Made by a program: the position numbers and the translations under genes. This document shows positions 41,984 through 51,155 of a stretch of DNA of 51,562 nucleotides, piece by piece (the stretch's first letter is position 1; each line of letters begins with the position of its first letter). This DNA is from an uncultured Candidatus Izemoplasmatales bacterium (GTDB lineage Bacteria > Bacillota_I > Bacilli_A > Izemoplasmatales > Hujiaoplasmataceae), in contig CAYWOK010000001.1 of assembly GCA_964459895.1 (NCBI GenBank), forward strand, positions 1-51,562. Reading direction: 5' to 3'. The notes beneath the pieces were generated by a model. The model had not been told where the DNA came from. It did not search any database and worked only from the letters and a program-made list of their open reading frames with translations.

Positions 41984-43225
41984 CTATTGTATGTATTCTG
42001 CGTATTTTTGATACATTGAATCTGTCAATTCCACAAGCAGTGAGATGCCTTCATTTGTAAATTCTGTGTTTTTGATGCCGGCATTTTCCTTAAGGTAGTT
42101 GTATATTTGTCCTTTGTCAAATGGCAAAAGCATTTTTACAACATGCATATTTTTGTATAAGACATGATCTATTTTTTCTAATAGCAGATTGATATTGTAG
42201 CTGTTCAATGCAGAAACATATACCGGATTGGAATAGCCGTCGACAGGAATGTCTTTCAACAGATCGATTTTATTGAAAACATGGATGATTGGAATATCTC
42301 CGACACCGATTTCTTTCAAAACGGTTTCTGCGACAATAATCTGTTTTGAATAATGGATATTTGCGGAATCGATTACATGCAAAATCAGATCAGATTCGTT
42401 GATTTCTTCTAAGGTTGATTTGAATGCTTCAATCAAGTGATGAGGTAATTTAGAGATGAATCCAACAGTGTCTGTAACCAGAAAATCATGGTTGTTTTCC
42501 ATTTTTACTTCCCGGGTTTGGGTTTCCAAAGTCGCAAACAACATGTCCTTTTCAAATACATATTTGTCGTTTTTTTGGGCAGAATAAGACAAAATAGCAT
42601 TCATCAATGTCGATTTTCCAGAGTTTGTGTAACCAGCAATCGCAACCGTCTTAAGATTGTTCTGAATCCGCTTTTTCCTCTGTGTTCGCCTGGTTTCTAC
42701 AACTTCTTTCAATTCGCGCTTAAGCTTGGTGATGCGATCTCGGAGAATACGACGGTCAAGTTCAAGCTGCTGTTCCCCCGGGCCTTTCGAGCCGGTTCCG
42801 CTTTTCTGTCTAGAAAGAGATTTGTACATACCAATTACGCGAGGAAGAAAGTACATTGATTGAGCCAGTTCTACTTGCAACATTGCTTCTCTGGTTTTGG
42901 CTCGCTTGGCGAATATGTCGAGAATCAAAATCGTTCTGTCGATGATTTTGATTTCCAATTCCTTTTCTAAATTTCTTATATGTGATGGGCTGAGCTCGTC
43001 ATCAAAGATCAAAAGGTTTGCATCAAGAGTCGCAATGTCTTGTTTCAGTCCCTCGACTTTTCCTTTTCCAATATAATAATTGGGCGTTGGGGAATCGGCC
43101 TTTTGAGTAACTACGCCAACCACCTCGACGTCGCACGCGTCAGCCAAACCTTTCAACTCTTCCATTGACGTCTTAAAGTCTTCATCTTTTCCCAAGTCCA
43201 ATCCAACTAAAATAGCTTTTTCCAT
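41984..43225 (-). CDS. hflX: GTPase HflX
   Basis: 413 aa. HflX N-domain, G1 GYTNSGKSTL, G3 DTVGF, G4 NKIDL. Start set to MEKAILVG (43225), which follows SD GGGTGA. Confidence 0.93.
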   Translation of the reverse strand: MEKAILVGLDLGKDEDFKTSMEELKGLADACDVEVVGVVTQKADSPTPNYYIGKGKVEGLKQDIATLDANLLIFDDELSPSHIRNLEKELEIKIIDRTILILDIFAKRAKTREAMLQVELAQSMYFLPRVIGMYKSLSRQKSGTGSKGPGEQQLELDRRILRDRITKLKRELKEVVETRRTQRKKRIQNNLKTVAIAGYTNSGKSTLMNAILSYSAQKNDKYVFEKDMLFATLETQTREVKMENNHDFLVTDTVGFISKLPHHLIEAFKSTLEEINESDLILHVIDSANIHYSKQIIVAETVLKEIGVGDIPIIHVFNKIDLLKDIPVDGYSNPVYVSALNSYNINLLLEKIDHVLYKNMHVVKMLLPFDKGQIYNYLKENAGIKNTEFTNEGISLLVELTDSMYQKYAEYIQ

Positions 43226-43352
43226 AATATCACCCATCGAACATTATATATCAAATCAGCCGAAATTCATAGATATTGAGTCTGATATTTATATATAAAA
43301 ATATAAAAATATGTTATAATAAATCGATTATTCGGGATTGGCGAGGTAGTAT

Positions 43353-46300
43353 ATGAAGCAGGCTAAAATGAGTTTACACGACTTATGGGCGGGTAAAATA
43401 AAACAAGCAAAAGAAAAATGGGATACATTTTCCAATTGGTTCAAAAACAAAATTGAGGAAGTATTCCAGTCCAAGAAAAAAACATTTTTATTTCTGGCGT
43501 TGATCGTATTTACTGTTTTGTTTGGCATACAAATTGCAATTATTCTCATCAATAACAGTTTTTATTCCAATTTTTCTGATGATATTTTACAGTACTATAC
43601 TATTATCGTCGATTTTATCAGCCAAATCAAATCAGGATCAATGTCTTTCTTTAATCTGAACAATTATTTGGGAGCCTCTTTCTTTTCCGATGTATATTAC
43701 GTTCCGATTGACATCTTTACTTTTATCACATTCGTTTTCAGTTATCTGATGCCTACCCAACTAGCTTATTCTGTTACCGAGTTCGTCAAGATCCTTGCGG
43801 GAGTCATGGTTCTGGCATACTATCTTTCGGCTCAAGGCATGAAGAACAGAACTATTTTCTGGATGGGGATTGTTTATTTTGTCAGCGGAGGCACAGTAAG
43901 CTTCATGGCCTTCCCGGCATTCTTATCGCTCGTATTTTATTTGCCTTTGGGACTATTGGTAATACATTGGTTTTTCAAAGGAAAAAAATGGATTGTTCCG
44001 CTTTTCGCTTTGGCGCTGGTTTTCTATAATTTCTATCTGGCGTATACCGCTTTAATATTTGTTGGTATTATGTTTATCATCGAATACATCAAACGACCTG
44101 AATTCAGGTTCTTTCCGTTTCTCAAAGATGGAATCGTTTTTTTGTTCCTCTTGCTTTTGGGGGTTGGAATGAGTTTGGTGATTCTGTATCCATCAATTCT
44201 ATTTATTCTTGAAGATACCTATCGGGAGACCGGAAGATTTTCTGCATGGATTGTAAATATCGGTAGTTATCAGTTGAAATTATTCAAACCGGAAATCTAT
44301 ATTAGATTCCTAGCAAAAATTTTCGCAGAGCAGCGACCGATCGGTTTTTATGGGTTTGCTCAGGATTATACCAAAGAACACATCTCGCTTTTCATAACCA
44401 TGACCGGACTTGTTTCCATGAGTTATGTTATATTCATGAAAGATAAAATCAGCAAAATATATAAAATTGTCATGATTATCGGTGTGATCTTGATGTTTTT
44501 CCCAATTTTTTCCTATGTATTTTCTGGAACGACCGACCAACCCTACACGAGATGGATTAACACATATCCTTTGGTGATGGTTTTGATTCTAGCACACGTT
44601 TTCGAACATCATGGATTTGAGAATTTCAAAATGAAATATTTGACAATTCCGATATCGATCTTTATAGCGCTTGACGGATATTTAATCTATTATTATTTCC
44701 ACCGGTTGAGAGAGTTGGGTGATTTTCAATACGAAGATGCCCTTACTGCAGATGCGATTCTGATGGGGGTTAGCGCTGTGGTTTTGGTGTTGCTCTTGAT
44801 CTTTGGCTGGATGAAGAAACCACAAGTCTTTAAAAAGATTTTACTTATCGAGGCAGTAATAGGATTGGTATACATCTATTCAGGAGCTTTCTATATTAGA
44901 AACAAAAACACTACATTCGCAGAAATGTATGCAATCAACGACTTATTGAATGAGGTCTTGGACGACAAAGATGAGTTTTACCGAGTATATGTCGATTTGG
45001 ACCGCTTCAACGTGGAAAGAACGAATTTCAATCGCATGACAACTTTTCCGACCAACACAAGAATTTTCCACTCTTGGACAGATTCAGAAACAGATTTGCT
45101 TGCCAGACTGTTATTTGGATCAACCGAACATCAGACAAAAGAAGCGCTAGATGTCCAGGCGATATATCTAAACGAATTTCTTGGTTATAAATATGTGCTT
45201 GCCAGTAGTGAATACAATTATTATTTGGATAATGATTTTTATCGATTGGTCTATGCGGACGACAAGTATCAATTACTTGAGATCGTAAACGCAAAATCAA
45301 TCCAAGTGTATGAATCATATGCAGAAAACGTCGACTTTACAGATTATCGCCTCACAAACAACAAATTGGAAACACAAAAAATATTGGTCTTGTCCGCTTT
45401 GATAGATGCAGAGAGATATGCAGATTATACTTTCAACCTTGAAAAGGCATCGTTAACGAGCTCTTCAAGCCTTGGCACAATATCAGCTGACAAGGGAATA
45501 AACCTGTATGAAACTGTCGCGATCGGCGGAATTACAGACCAGACAGAAAGAGATTTCTTCCGGTTCAGCAATGAGAATTTGAATATTGGGTTTGATGTCG
45601 GAGCGATCTATATCTCCGCTTATACCAATGCCAGCAATTATAAAGAAATATTCATGGAGTATGCCGACGGAAGTAAAAAAGCCTGCGAAGTGGTAACGGG
45701 ACAGTCTCATGATGTCAAATGCGAGTTTTGGTCAGAGCCAACAGCGATTTATTTTGAATCGGAAAACCTATCCGCAAATTTCCATTTCGATTTCAGGTTG
45801 GAGATGGCAAGGGATCAAGCGGCTTATCTGGTTTACGATTTATCAGAAATAACATATACCGGAGACAAGGGCGTACTATACTTCGAATTGTCGCAAAAAT
45901 TTGAAAGAGTGTTTTTTGTCGACGAAAATGGAAATGAGTATGAAGGGTTCAAAAACTACTATTACTTCAACTCAGCTCCAATCAGGATGTATGTTTTTAA
46001 AACATATGACATGTATACCAACGTCTCGAATTTGTTTACTTTCAATCTGCGTTACGCTTATGATGATTTGAGTGCATACGATAACGCTACAGGAACCTCA
46101 CTATATGATCAAGAATTGATTTCAATCAAACACGGAAAAATCAATTTGCAATACCACAGAACAAGCGAAAGCACATACGATCAATTGGTGGTAATCCCTG
46201 TCGCGTATTCCGAAGAGTGGACTTTTATTTCTGATCAAAAATACGAAACAATAAGCGCAAGCGGTGGATTTCTTGGTATAATTATCCCAAATGGAATTAA

Positions 46301-46466
46301 CGATATTGATATTGAACTGAGATTTGTTCCCAAAGGTCTTCTTTACGGAGCTTTGGCAAGCCTCGGTGCAAGTTTGGTATATTTGGGGTTATTTGTCCCG
46401 GGATGGATAATCAAATATAAGCAGAAAAAAGCACACAATCAAATCAAGGAGATGAACCAAGAATGA
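43353..46466 (+). CDS. YfhO-like polytopic membrane glycosyltransferase (GT-C type) with a large extracytoplasmic C-terminal domain
   Basis: 1037 aa with about 13 or more predicted TM helices. The N-terminal region (DDILQYYTIIVDF...FNLNNYLGASFFSDVYYVPIDIF) is typical of the YfhO family. There is a single C-terminal TM. Lies immediately upstream of the GT2 and GtrA-like genes. Confidence 0.7.
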   Translation: MKQAKMSLHDLWAGKIKQAKEKWDTFSNWFKNKIEEVFQSKKKTFLFLALIVFTVLFGIQIAIILINNSFYSNFSDDILQYYTIIVDFISQIKSGSMSFFNLNNYLGASFFSDVYYVPIDIFTFITFVFSYLMPTQLAYSVTEFVKILAGVMVLAYYLSAQGMKNRTIFWMGIVYFVSGGTVSFMAFPAFLSLVFYLPLGLLVIHWFFKGKKWIVPLFALALVFYNFYLAYTALIFVGIMFIIEYIKRPEFRFFPFLKDGIVFLFLLLLGVGMSLVILYPSILFILEDTYRETGRFSAWIVNIGSYQLKLFKPEIYIRFLAKIFAEQRPIGFYGFAQDYTKEHISLFITMTGLVSMSYVIFMKDKISKIYKIVMIIGVILMFFPIFSYVFSGTTDQPYTRWINTYPLVMVLILAHVFEHHGFENFKMKYLTIPISIFIALDGYLIYYYFHRLRELGDFQYEDALTADAILMGVSAVVLVLLLIFGWMKKPQVFKKILLIEAVIGLVYIYSGAFYIRNKNTTFAEMYAINDLLNEVLDDKDEFYRVYVDLDRFNVERTNFNRMTTFPTNTRIFHSWTDSETDLLARLLFGSTEHQTKEALDVQAIYLNEFLGYKYVLASSEYNYYLDNDFYRLVYADDKYQLLEIVNAKSIQVYESYAENVDFTDYRLTNNKLETQKILVLSALIDAERYADYTFNLEKASLTSSSSLGTISADKGINLYETVAIGGITDQTERDFFRFSNENLNIGFDVGAIYISAYTNASNYKEIFMEYADGSKKACEVVTGQSHDVKCEFWSEPTAIYFESENLSANFHFDFRLEMARDQAAYLVYDLSEITYTGDKGVLYFELSQKFERVFFVDENGNEYEGFKNYYYFNSAPIRMYVFKTYDMYTNVSNLFTFNLRYAYDDLSAYDNATGTSLYDQELISIKHGKINLQYHRTSESTYDQLVVIPVAYSEEWTFISDQKYETISASGGFLGIIIPNGINDIDIELRFVPKGLLYGALASLGASLVYLGLFVPGWIIKYKQKKAHNQIKEMNQE

Positions 46467-47389
46467 AGCGCATAACAATAATCATTCCATCATACAATGA
46501 AGAAAATAGCGTAAAACCTTTTTATGATGAAGCAAAACAATACCTGAAGAATCAGGATTACGATTTTGAGTTGCTATATGTCAATGACGGATCAAAAGAC
46601 GAAACTTTATCTGAAATCAAAAAACTATCAAAAATTGACAAACGTGTAAAATTCATTAGTTTTTCCCGTAATTTCGGGAAGGAATCCGCAATGCATGCGG
46701 GTTTGGAGCACTCTCGCCAGAGCGATGCAGTAATCATCATCGACTGCGACTTGCAGCAACCGCCTTCATTGATTCCGGAAATGCTCAAGCATTTTGAAGA
46801 AGGATACAAAATCGTTTACACAAAAGGTAAAACTAGGAAGGGCGAACCGAAACTCAGAACCTTTTTTGCCAATCGTTTTTACAGACTTTACAATAGATAC
46901 ACGGATATGCCCCTTGATAACGGCGCCAAGGATTTTCAATTGCTAGATAAACAAGTCGTTGATGCTTTTTTACAAATCAAGGACAATTATCGATTTGTTA
47001 AAGGTATATTTTCCTGGGTTGGATACAAAAGAAAATGCATTGAGTACGATTTCATTCCCAGAAAATACGGGAAAAGTAGCTGGAGTTTCAAATCATTGTT
47101 TAAATACGCATTTAACGGTATGAACCAATTTTCAACACTAATGATGTTGCTGCCAACTCTGGTAACAATTACGGCATTCGTTGTTTTAATTGCAGACGCA
47201 TTATTGTTTGGATTGGGAGTTTTTGTGTTATCCGAATTTCTGATAGGAATTTTCATCGTGATTTCATTGTTTGTAATGGCCCTTTTGGCATATGGCACTT
47301 TCTACCTGCTATATCAAGCAAGACGTCAAGTTTTGAACCGCCCTATTTATCTTGTCGAGGAGCTATCGGAGGAAGAACATCTTGAATAG
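46463..47389 (+). CDS. family-2 glycosyltransferase, polyprenol-phosphate sugar synthase type (GtrB/CsbB/ArnC-like)
   Basis: 308 aa. Motifs IIIPSYNEE, VNDGSKD and IDCDLQQPP, plus two C-terminal TM helices. ATGA overlap with the upstream gene. Confidence 0.88.
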   Translation: MKRITIIIPSYNEENSVKPFYDEAKQYLKNQDYDFELLYVNDGSKDETLSEIKKLSKIDKRVKFISFSRNFGKESAMHAGLEHSRQSDAVIIIDCDLQQPPSLIPEMLKHFEEGYKIVYTKGKTRKGEPKLRTFFANRFYRLYNRYTDMPLDNGAKDFQLLDKQVVDAFLQIKDNYRFVKGIFSWVGYKRKCIEYDFIPRKYGKSSWSFKSLFKYAFNGMNQFSTLMMLLPTLVTITAFVVLIADALLFGLGVFVLSEFLIGIFIVISLFVMALLAYGTFYLLYQARRQVLNRPIYLVEELSEEEHLE

Positions 47390-47873
47390 ATTGTTTCAGT
47401 TTGTGAAACGGAATTTTATTACAAAAAAATTCCTGTCTTTTGGAATTGTCGGCGTTGTCAACACTTTGATCCATATGGGTGTTTACTGGATTTTCTACAA
47501 CCTGGTTTTCATTACATCAATTTCTTCGGGATTATCTGCATTTTTCGCGAACACGATCGCATTTATTTCCGCGTCGACATTTTCCTACTTTGCGAACGCT
47601 ATTTTTACATTCAAACCAAAAAACAAATCGACATTACAGTTTTCTGCGGTCATACTGGTGTTTTTGATCAGACTTTTGATCAGCAACGGATTGACAACCG
47701 CTTTTGATTATATTATTCAGAACTGGATTGGAATCGATTATGTTATTCACTCATGGACAAGCATAATTGCTCCATTTACAGCTTCGGTTTTGTTGATTCC
47801 GATAGCATATTTTGCACTTGACTACGTATTTAAAAAAACAGACATAAAAAAACAAACAAATACTTTATCATAG
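47382..47873 (+). CDS. GtrA-family membrane protein (putative polyprenol-phosphate-sugar flippase)
   Basis: 163 aa with 4 TM helices. GtrA-like FLSFGIVGVVNTLIHMGVYW. TTG start 7 nt after SD GGAGGA. The ORF-track start at 47352 has no SD. Confidence 0.8.
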   Translation: MNRLFQFVKRNFITKKFLSFGIVGVVNTLIHMGVYWIFYNLVFITSISSGLSAFFANTIAFISASTFSYFANAIFTFKPKNKSTLQFSAVILVFLIRLLISNGLTTAFDYIIQNWIGIDYVIHSWTSIIAPFTASVLLIPIAYFALDYVFKKTDIKKQTNTLS

Positions 47874-47936
47874 TCTTTAAATAATTTCCTTTTTACGGTA
47901 AAATAGAACTGAAGACAGACAAGAGGAGGAACGGTT

Positions 47937-48683
47937 GTGGAGTATTTTGTTCTAGGTATAGTTTCCACATATCTTTACGCGGTTTATTTGTTGGCACTAA
48001 GAGCAAAAGTGTCGCACAAGGAGATTCGCCCTGCGAAAATCTTTTTGCTTGCAATGCTGGTAATAGATGTCATTTTATTTTTTACCAATCTTGGAGTCGG
48101 AATTGAACTTGCCACACAAATCATAGTGCTGATTCCGGTACCCTATATGCTATTCATGATTTATATCAACGAATTCAGATCGGTATTGAAAAAGTTGGGG
48201 CTGATCAAAAAACACGGACGCAGAAATGCGATGACAAATAACGAACTTGCAGACAAGCTTTTGGATACTGTGGATTTTCTTTCCAACCGAAAAATCGGGG
48301 CTTTGATCACAATAGAAAGAAATATCAATCTATCGGCATTCATCAGCAAAGCGATGATGATTAACGCGCCTGTCTCAAGCGAACTCCTGGCTTCAATTTT
48401 CATTCCAACAACACCTCTTCATGATGGAGCCGTGATTATACGAAACAACTCGATCCTTTGTGCAAAAGCGTATTACCCTTCAACAGAAAGAACTGACCTT
48501 CCGCTTCACTTTGGAACGAGACATAGGGCGGCAATTGGCATCAGTGAGCAAAGTGATTCCTTGACCATTGTCGTATCAGAAGAGACGGGGTATGTTAGCG
48601 TAGCAATCAATAGGCAACTGGATTACAATGTCAGCAAGGAAACCCTGAATCTGTATTTTGAAAAATATCTGAAAATCAAATAA
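47937..48683 (+). CDS. cdaA: membrane-bound diadenylate cyclase CdaA
   Basis: 248 aa with 3 N-terminal TM helices. DAC domain motifs GALITIER, PLHDGAVIIRN, GTRHRAAIGISEQSDS and VVSEETG. SD GAGGAGGA, GTG start. Confidence 0.92.
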   Translation: MEYFVLGIVSTYLYAVYLLALRAKVSHKEIRPAKIFLLAMLVIDVILFFTNLGVGIELATQIIVLIPVPYMLFMIYINEFRSVLKKLGLIKKHGRRNAMTNNELADKLLDTVDFLSNRKIGALITIERNINLSAFISKAMMINAPVSSELLASIFIPTTPLHDGAVIIRNNSILCAKAYYPSTERTDLPLHFGTRHRAAIGISEQSDSLTIVVSEETGYVSVAINRQLDYNVSKETLNLYFEKYLKIK

Positions 48684-48709
48684 AGTGCTTCGGCACTTTT
48701 TCTTTTTTC
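48682..48709 (+). terminator. cdaA terminator
   Basis: Stem AAAGTGC/GCACTTT with a TTCG loop, followed by a T-rich run. Confidence 0.85.
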
Positions 48710-48734
48710 TCTCATAGAAATTTATTGTTCTATA

Positions 48735-48743
48735 TGATATAAT
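48735..48743 (+). promoter_or_regulatory. extended -10 (TGaTATAAT) upstream of the multidomain gene
   Basis: TGATATAAT at 48735-48743. Confidence 0.45.
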
Positions 48744-48778
48744 TTGAGAAGATGGAAAAGTGTCGGGAGGTGTTTCAT

Positions 48779-51130
48779 TTGGAGCAATATGATGTATTAA
48801 TTGCGGGATCTGACATCCCATCTTTGGTGAGTGCGCTTTTCCTGGCCAGAAAAATGCGGAGCGTTTCCATTCTGCTTGACGACAAAGCCGATGATAATGA
48901 TGCTGGTAAAGTCGACATAACGGATCCGGAAAACAATAAATTCCGATTTTCCTACGATCCTGATGCGTTTCTATGTGGCCTGGACAAAATCGGACTAATT
49001 CATAAATATCTGAAAAATATAGGCATTGATCAAAACATAACCGGGATTAAAGATGAATACGACATGGTTTCTGCTAACGAATCTGAGTTCAGGAGAAGAG
49101 ATAATGCTTTTGACAGATTCCGGGTCTATTTGGTGCGTTATTATCCCAAACAAAGAGATGCAATCCATCGTTTTTTCAAAGATTTGGAAAGACATTACCA
49201 AAATTACGTAAGCCAGCAGGAAAACATGCTTTTAAACACGAATTACACCCTGACATCACTTATGATCGAGTGGGGAGATTACAGTTTGGAAGCTTTACTG
49301 ATTAAATACTTTTCTGACCCAGAAATCATTAACGAATTTTTGATGAATCAACAGTTGAATGGGCTTAATGCGCAAGACATCAACAGTTATCATTTTTTCT
49401 CCCAATATTTTTTGGGATTAAAGGAAGGATTTTACTATCTGAACTTATCGATTTCGGACATAAAAAAACTGTTGTTGGAAAAGCTAAGAATCATCAATCC
49501 AAAAATCACCCAAAAAAGAAGAATCAAAGAATATGTATATGATGAAGCCGGAAAAATCACCCACGTTGTCGACTCGGCAAATAAAAAAATATACGCCAAG
49601 CACTTTATTTCTAGTTCCAATCCCTTGGAATTCTATAAAAATTACTTTCCTAGCTACGAAGAAGAGATTGAATTGGTCGGCAAATATTATCCCGCGCTTG
49701 ACAGTCAGAAAAAAATTAAGACATTATATTTGGCCCTAAATCAAAAGCCGCAACAAATCGGCATTACCGAGCTAAATTATTACTTTGTAAATCTTGGAGA
49801 TTCCAAGCAAAAAATCGTCAGACTTTTCAACTACAGTCTGTTTGACCACGACGCATCCTCTGACAAAACCGGAGCTATATGCGTAGATGTCGCCTTTGAC
49901 GAAACCGAGCAAGTTAAAGAAGAAGAACTGCTTTTCGAACTATACAAGTACTTCCCGAAACTTAAAAAAACCGTTGTCGGACTTAGAGAAGGCAAACCAA
50001 GGCAACATCTCTCGATGGTCAGTTTGGACGAAGTAAGAAGAGGGTTGTCCATCAATGAGCAAATCGAAATAGAAGCTTCTGAGCATCTCATGTTTTTTGA
50101 CAATCTTCATGTCACAGGCAAGTGGGTTCGTCCCGAGGCGGGGCTTTTTGGGTGTTTCCATACCGGAATTGTACTGGGGGACAAAATTGAGGAAAGTCTC
50201 TACTACGGCGAAGACGATGATTCTTTCTACTATTTGACAAATGACGAAATCATGATGATGATGCGACATAACTATGGTAAGAAAACGCTTGGGAAAATCG
50301 AGATACATATAAACTTCAACATCGGTAAAAGCAACTATTTTGTCAGAACTAAAGATAAAAACATCACAATCCATCGAGGAGAATACGCACATCCTGATCT
50401 TTCGATATACACAACCAACGATAAATTGTCAAATTTGTTGTTAAAGAAGACTTCATTCGACGATGTACTGAAGGCAAACGGTCTTAAATACACCGGAAGC
50501 ACAGATTTACTTTATGCTGTTGTTTCCGTGTTTGAACTTGATGATTACAAAGAACAAGATACAAGATTCCAGCCCAAACTATCCATTAAGAATCTTGGAG
50601 CGAAATTCTTGTTTGTATATCTCGGTGTATTTTCTCTTGTTGCATTCTTGCACAATTTCATCAATCTCATCTGGTTGGTGCCTTTTGCACTCGGGATTTC
50701 ACTCGGGATGAGCTTTTTGAAGATGAGGATATTTAGAAAATTATCGTGGTTTGAATATGCCTGGGATGGAATATATATTGTGTTATTGTTCTTAGCGATC
50801 TTTTGGCAAAAATTCAATACCTGGAAAAGCGATGACCTGTTATTAGGCTTAATGGGCGGGATGTTTTTCATAACCTGGCTTATCAACAAACCGATCATGT
50901 ATGATTTCCATAAATATGACTATCGAATCGATTATGCGAATACGGCTTTGTTCAAAGTGATGAACAATGGATTGACGTTTGTTTGGGCGCTGATTTTTCT
51001 TGGCATTCTTGCGGGTACATACATTACCGGCGAGCGTTATGTTTCTGTGCTCTACAATTTGGTGTTCTTAGGTATTTTTTTAACGTATTATTATCCGATA
51101 ATGTACGTGCGAGCCAACATCAAGAAATAA
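48779..51130 (+). CDS. multidomain membrane protein: CrtI/amine-oxidase-like domain with a degenerate dinucleotide motif, an SCP2-like domain, and a C-terminal 5-6 TM domain
   Basis: ORF 48752-51130. The preferred start is the TTG at 48779, 6 nt after SD GGGAGGTG, giving MEQYDVLIAGSD. The ATG at 48752 is an alternative. N-terminus: YDVLIAGSDIPSLVSALFLARK...ILLDD. CrtI-like C-terminal motif: VTGKWVRPEAGLFGCFHTGIVLG. SCP2-like segment: IHINFNIGKSNYFVRTKDKNITIH...DLSIYTTNDKLSNLLLKKTSFDDVLKANGLKYTGSTDLL. The last ~170 aa are hydrophobic helices. Confidence 0.6.
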   Translation: MEQYDVLIAGSDIPSLVSALFLARKMRSVSILLDDKADDNDAGKVDITDPENNKFRFSYDPDAFLCGLDKIGLIHKYLKNIGIDQNITGIKDEYDMVSANESEFRRRDNAFDRFRVYLVRYYPKQRDAIHRFFKDLERHYQNYVSQQENMLLNTNYTLTSLMIEWGDYSLEALLIKYFSDPEIINEFLMNQQLNGLNAQDINSYHFFSQYFLGLKEGFYYLNLSISDIKKLLLEKLRIINPKITQKRRIKEYVYDEAGKITHVVDSANKKIYAKHFISSSNPLEFYKNYFPSYEEEIELVGKYYPALDSQKKIKTLYLALNQKPQQIGITELNYYFVNLGDSKQKIVRLFNYSLFDHDASSDKTGAICVDVAFDETEQVKEEELLFELYKYFPKLKKTVVGLREGKPRQHLSMVSLDEVRRGLSINEQIEIEASEHLMFFDNLHVTGKWVRPEAGLFGCFHTGIVLGDKIEESLYYGEDDDSFYYLTNDEIMMMMRHNYGKKTLGKIEIHINFNIGKSNYFVRTKDKNITIHRGEYAHPDLSIYTTNDKLSNLLLKKTSFDDVLKANGLKYTGSTDLLYAVVSVFELDDYKEQDTRFQPKLSIKNLGAKFLFVYLGVFSLVAFLHNFINLIWLVPFALGISLGMSFLKMRIFRKLSWFEYAWDGIYIVLLFLAIFWQKFNTWKSDDLLLGLMGGMFFITWLINKPIMYDFHKYDYRIDYANTALFKVMNNGLTFVWALIFLGILAGTYITGERYVSVLYNLVFLGIFLTYYYPIMYVRANIKK

Positions 51131-51155
51131 TTTTTTACGAAAGAAGGGACCGATC

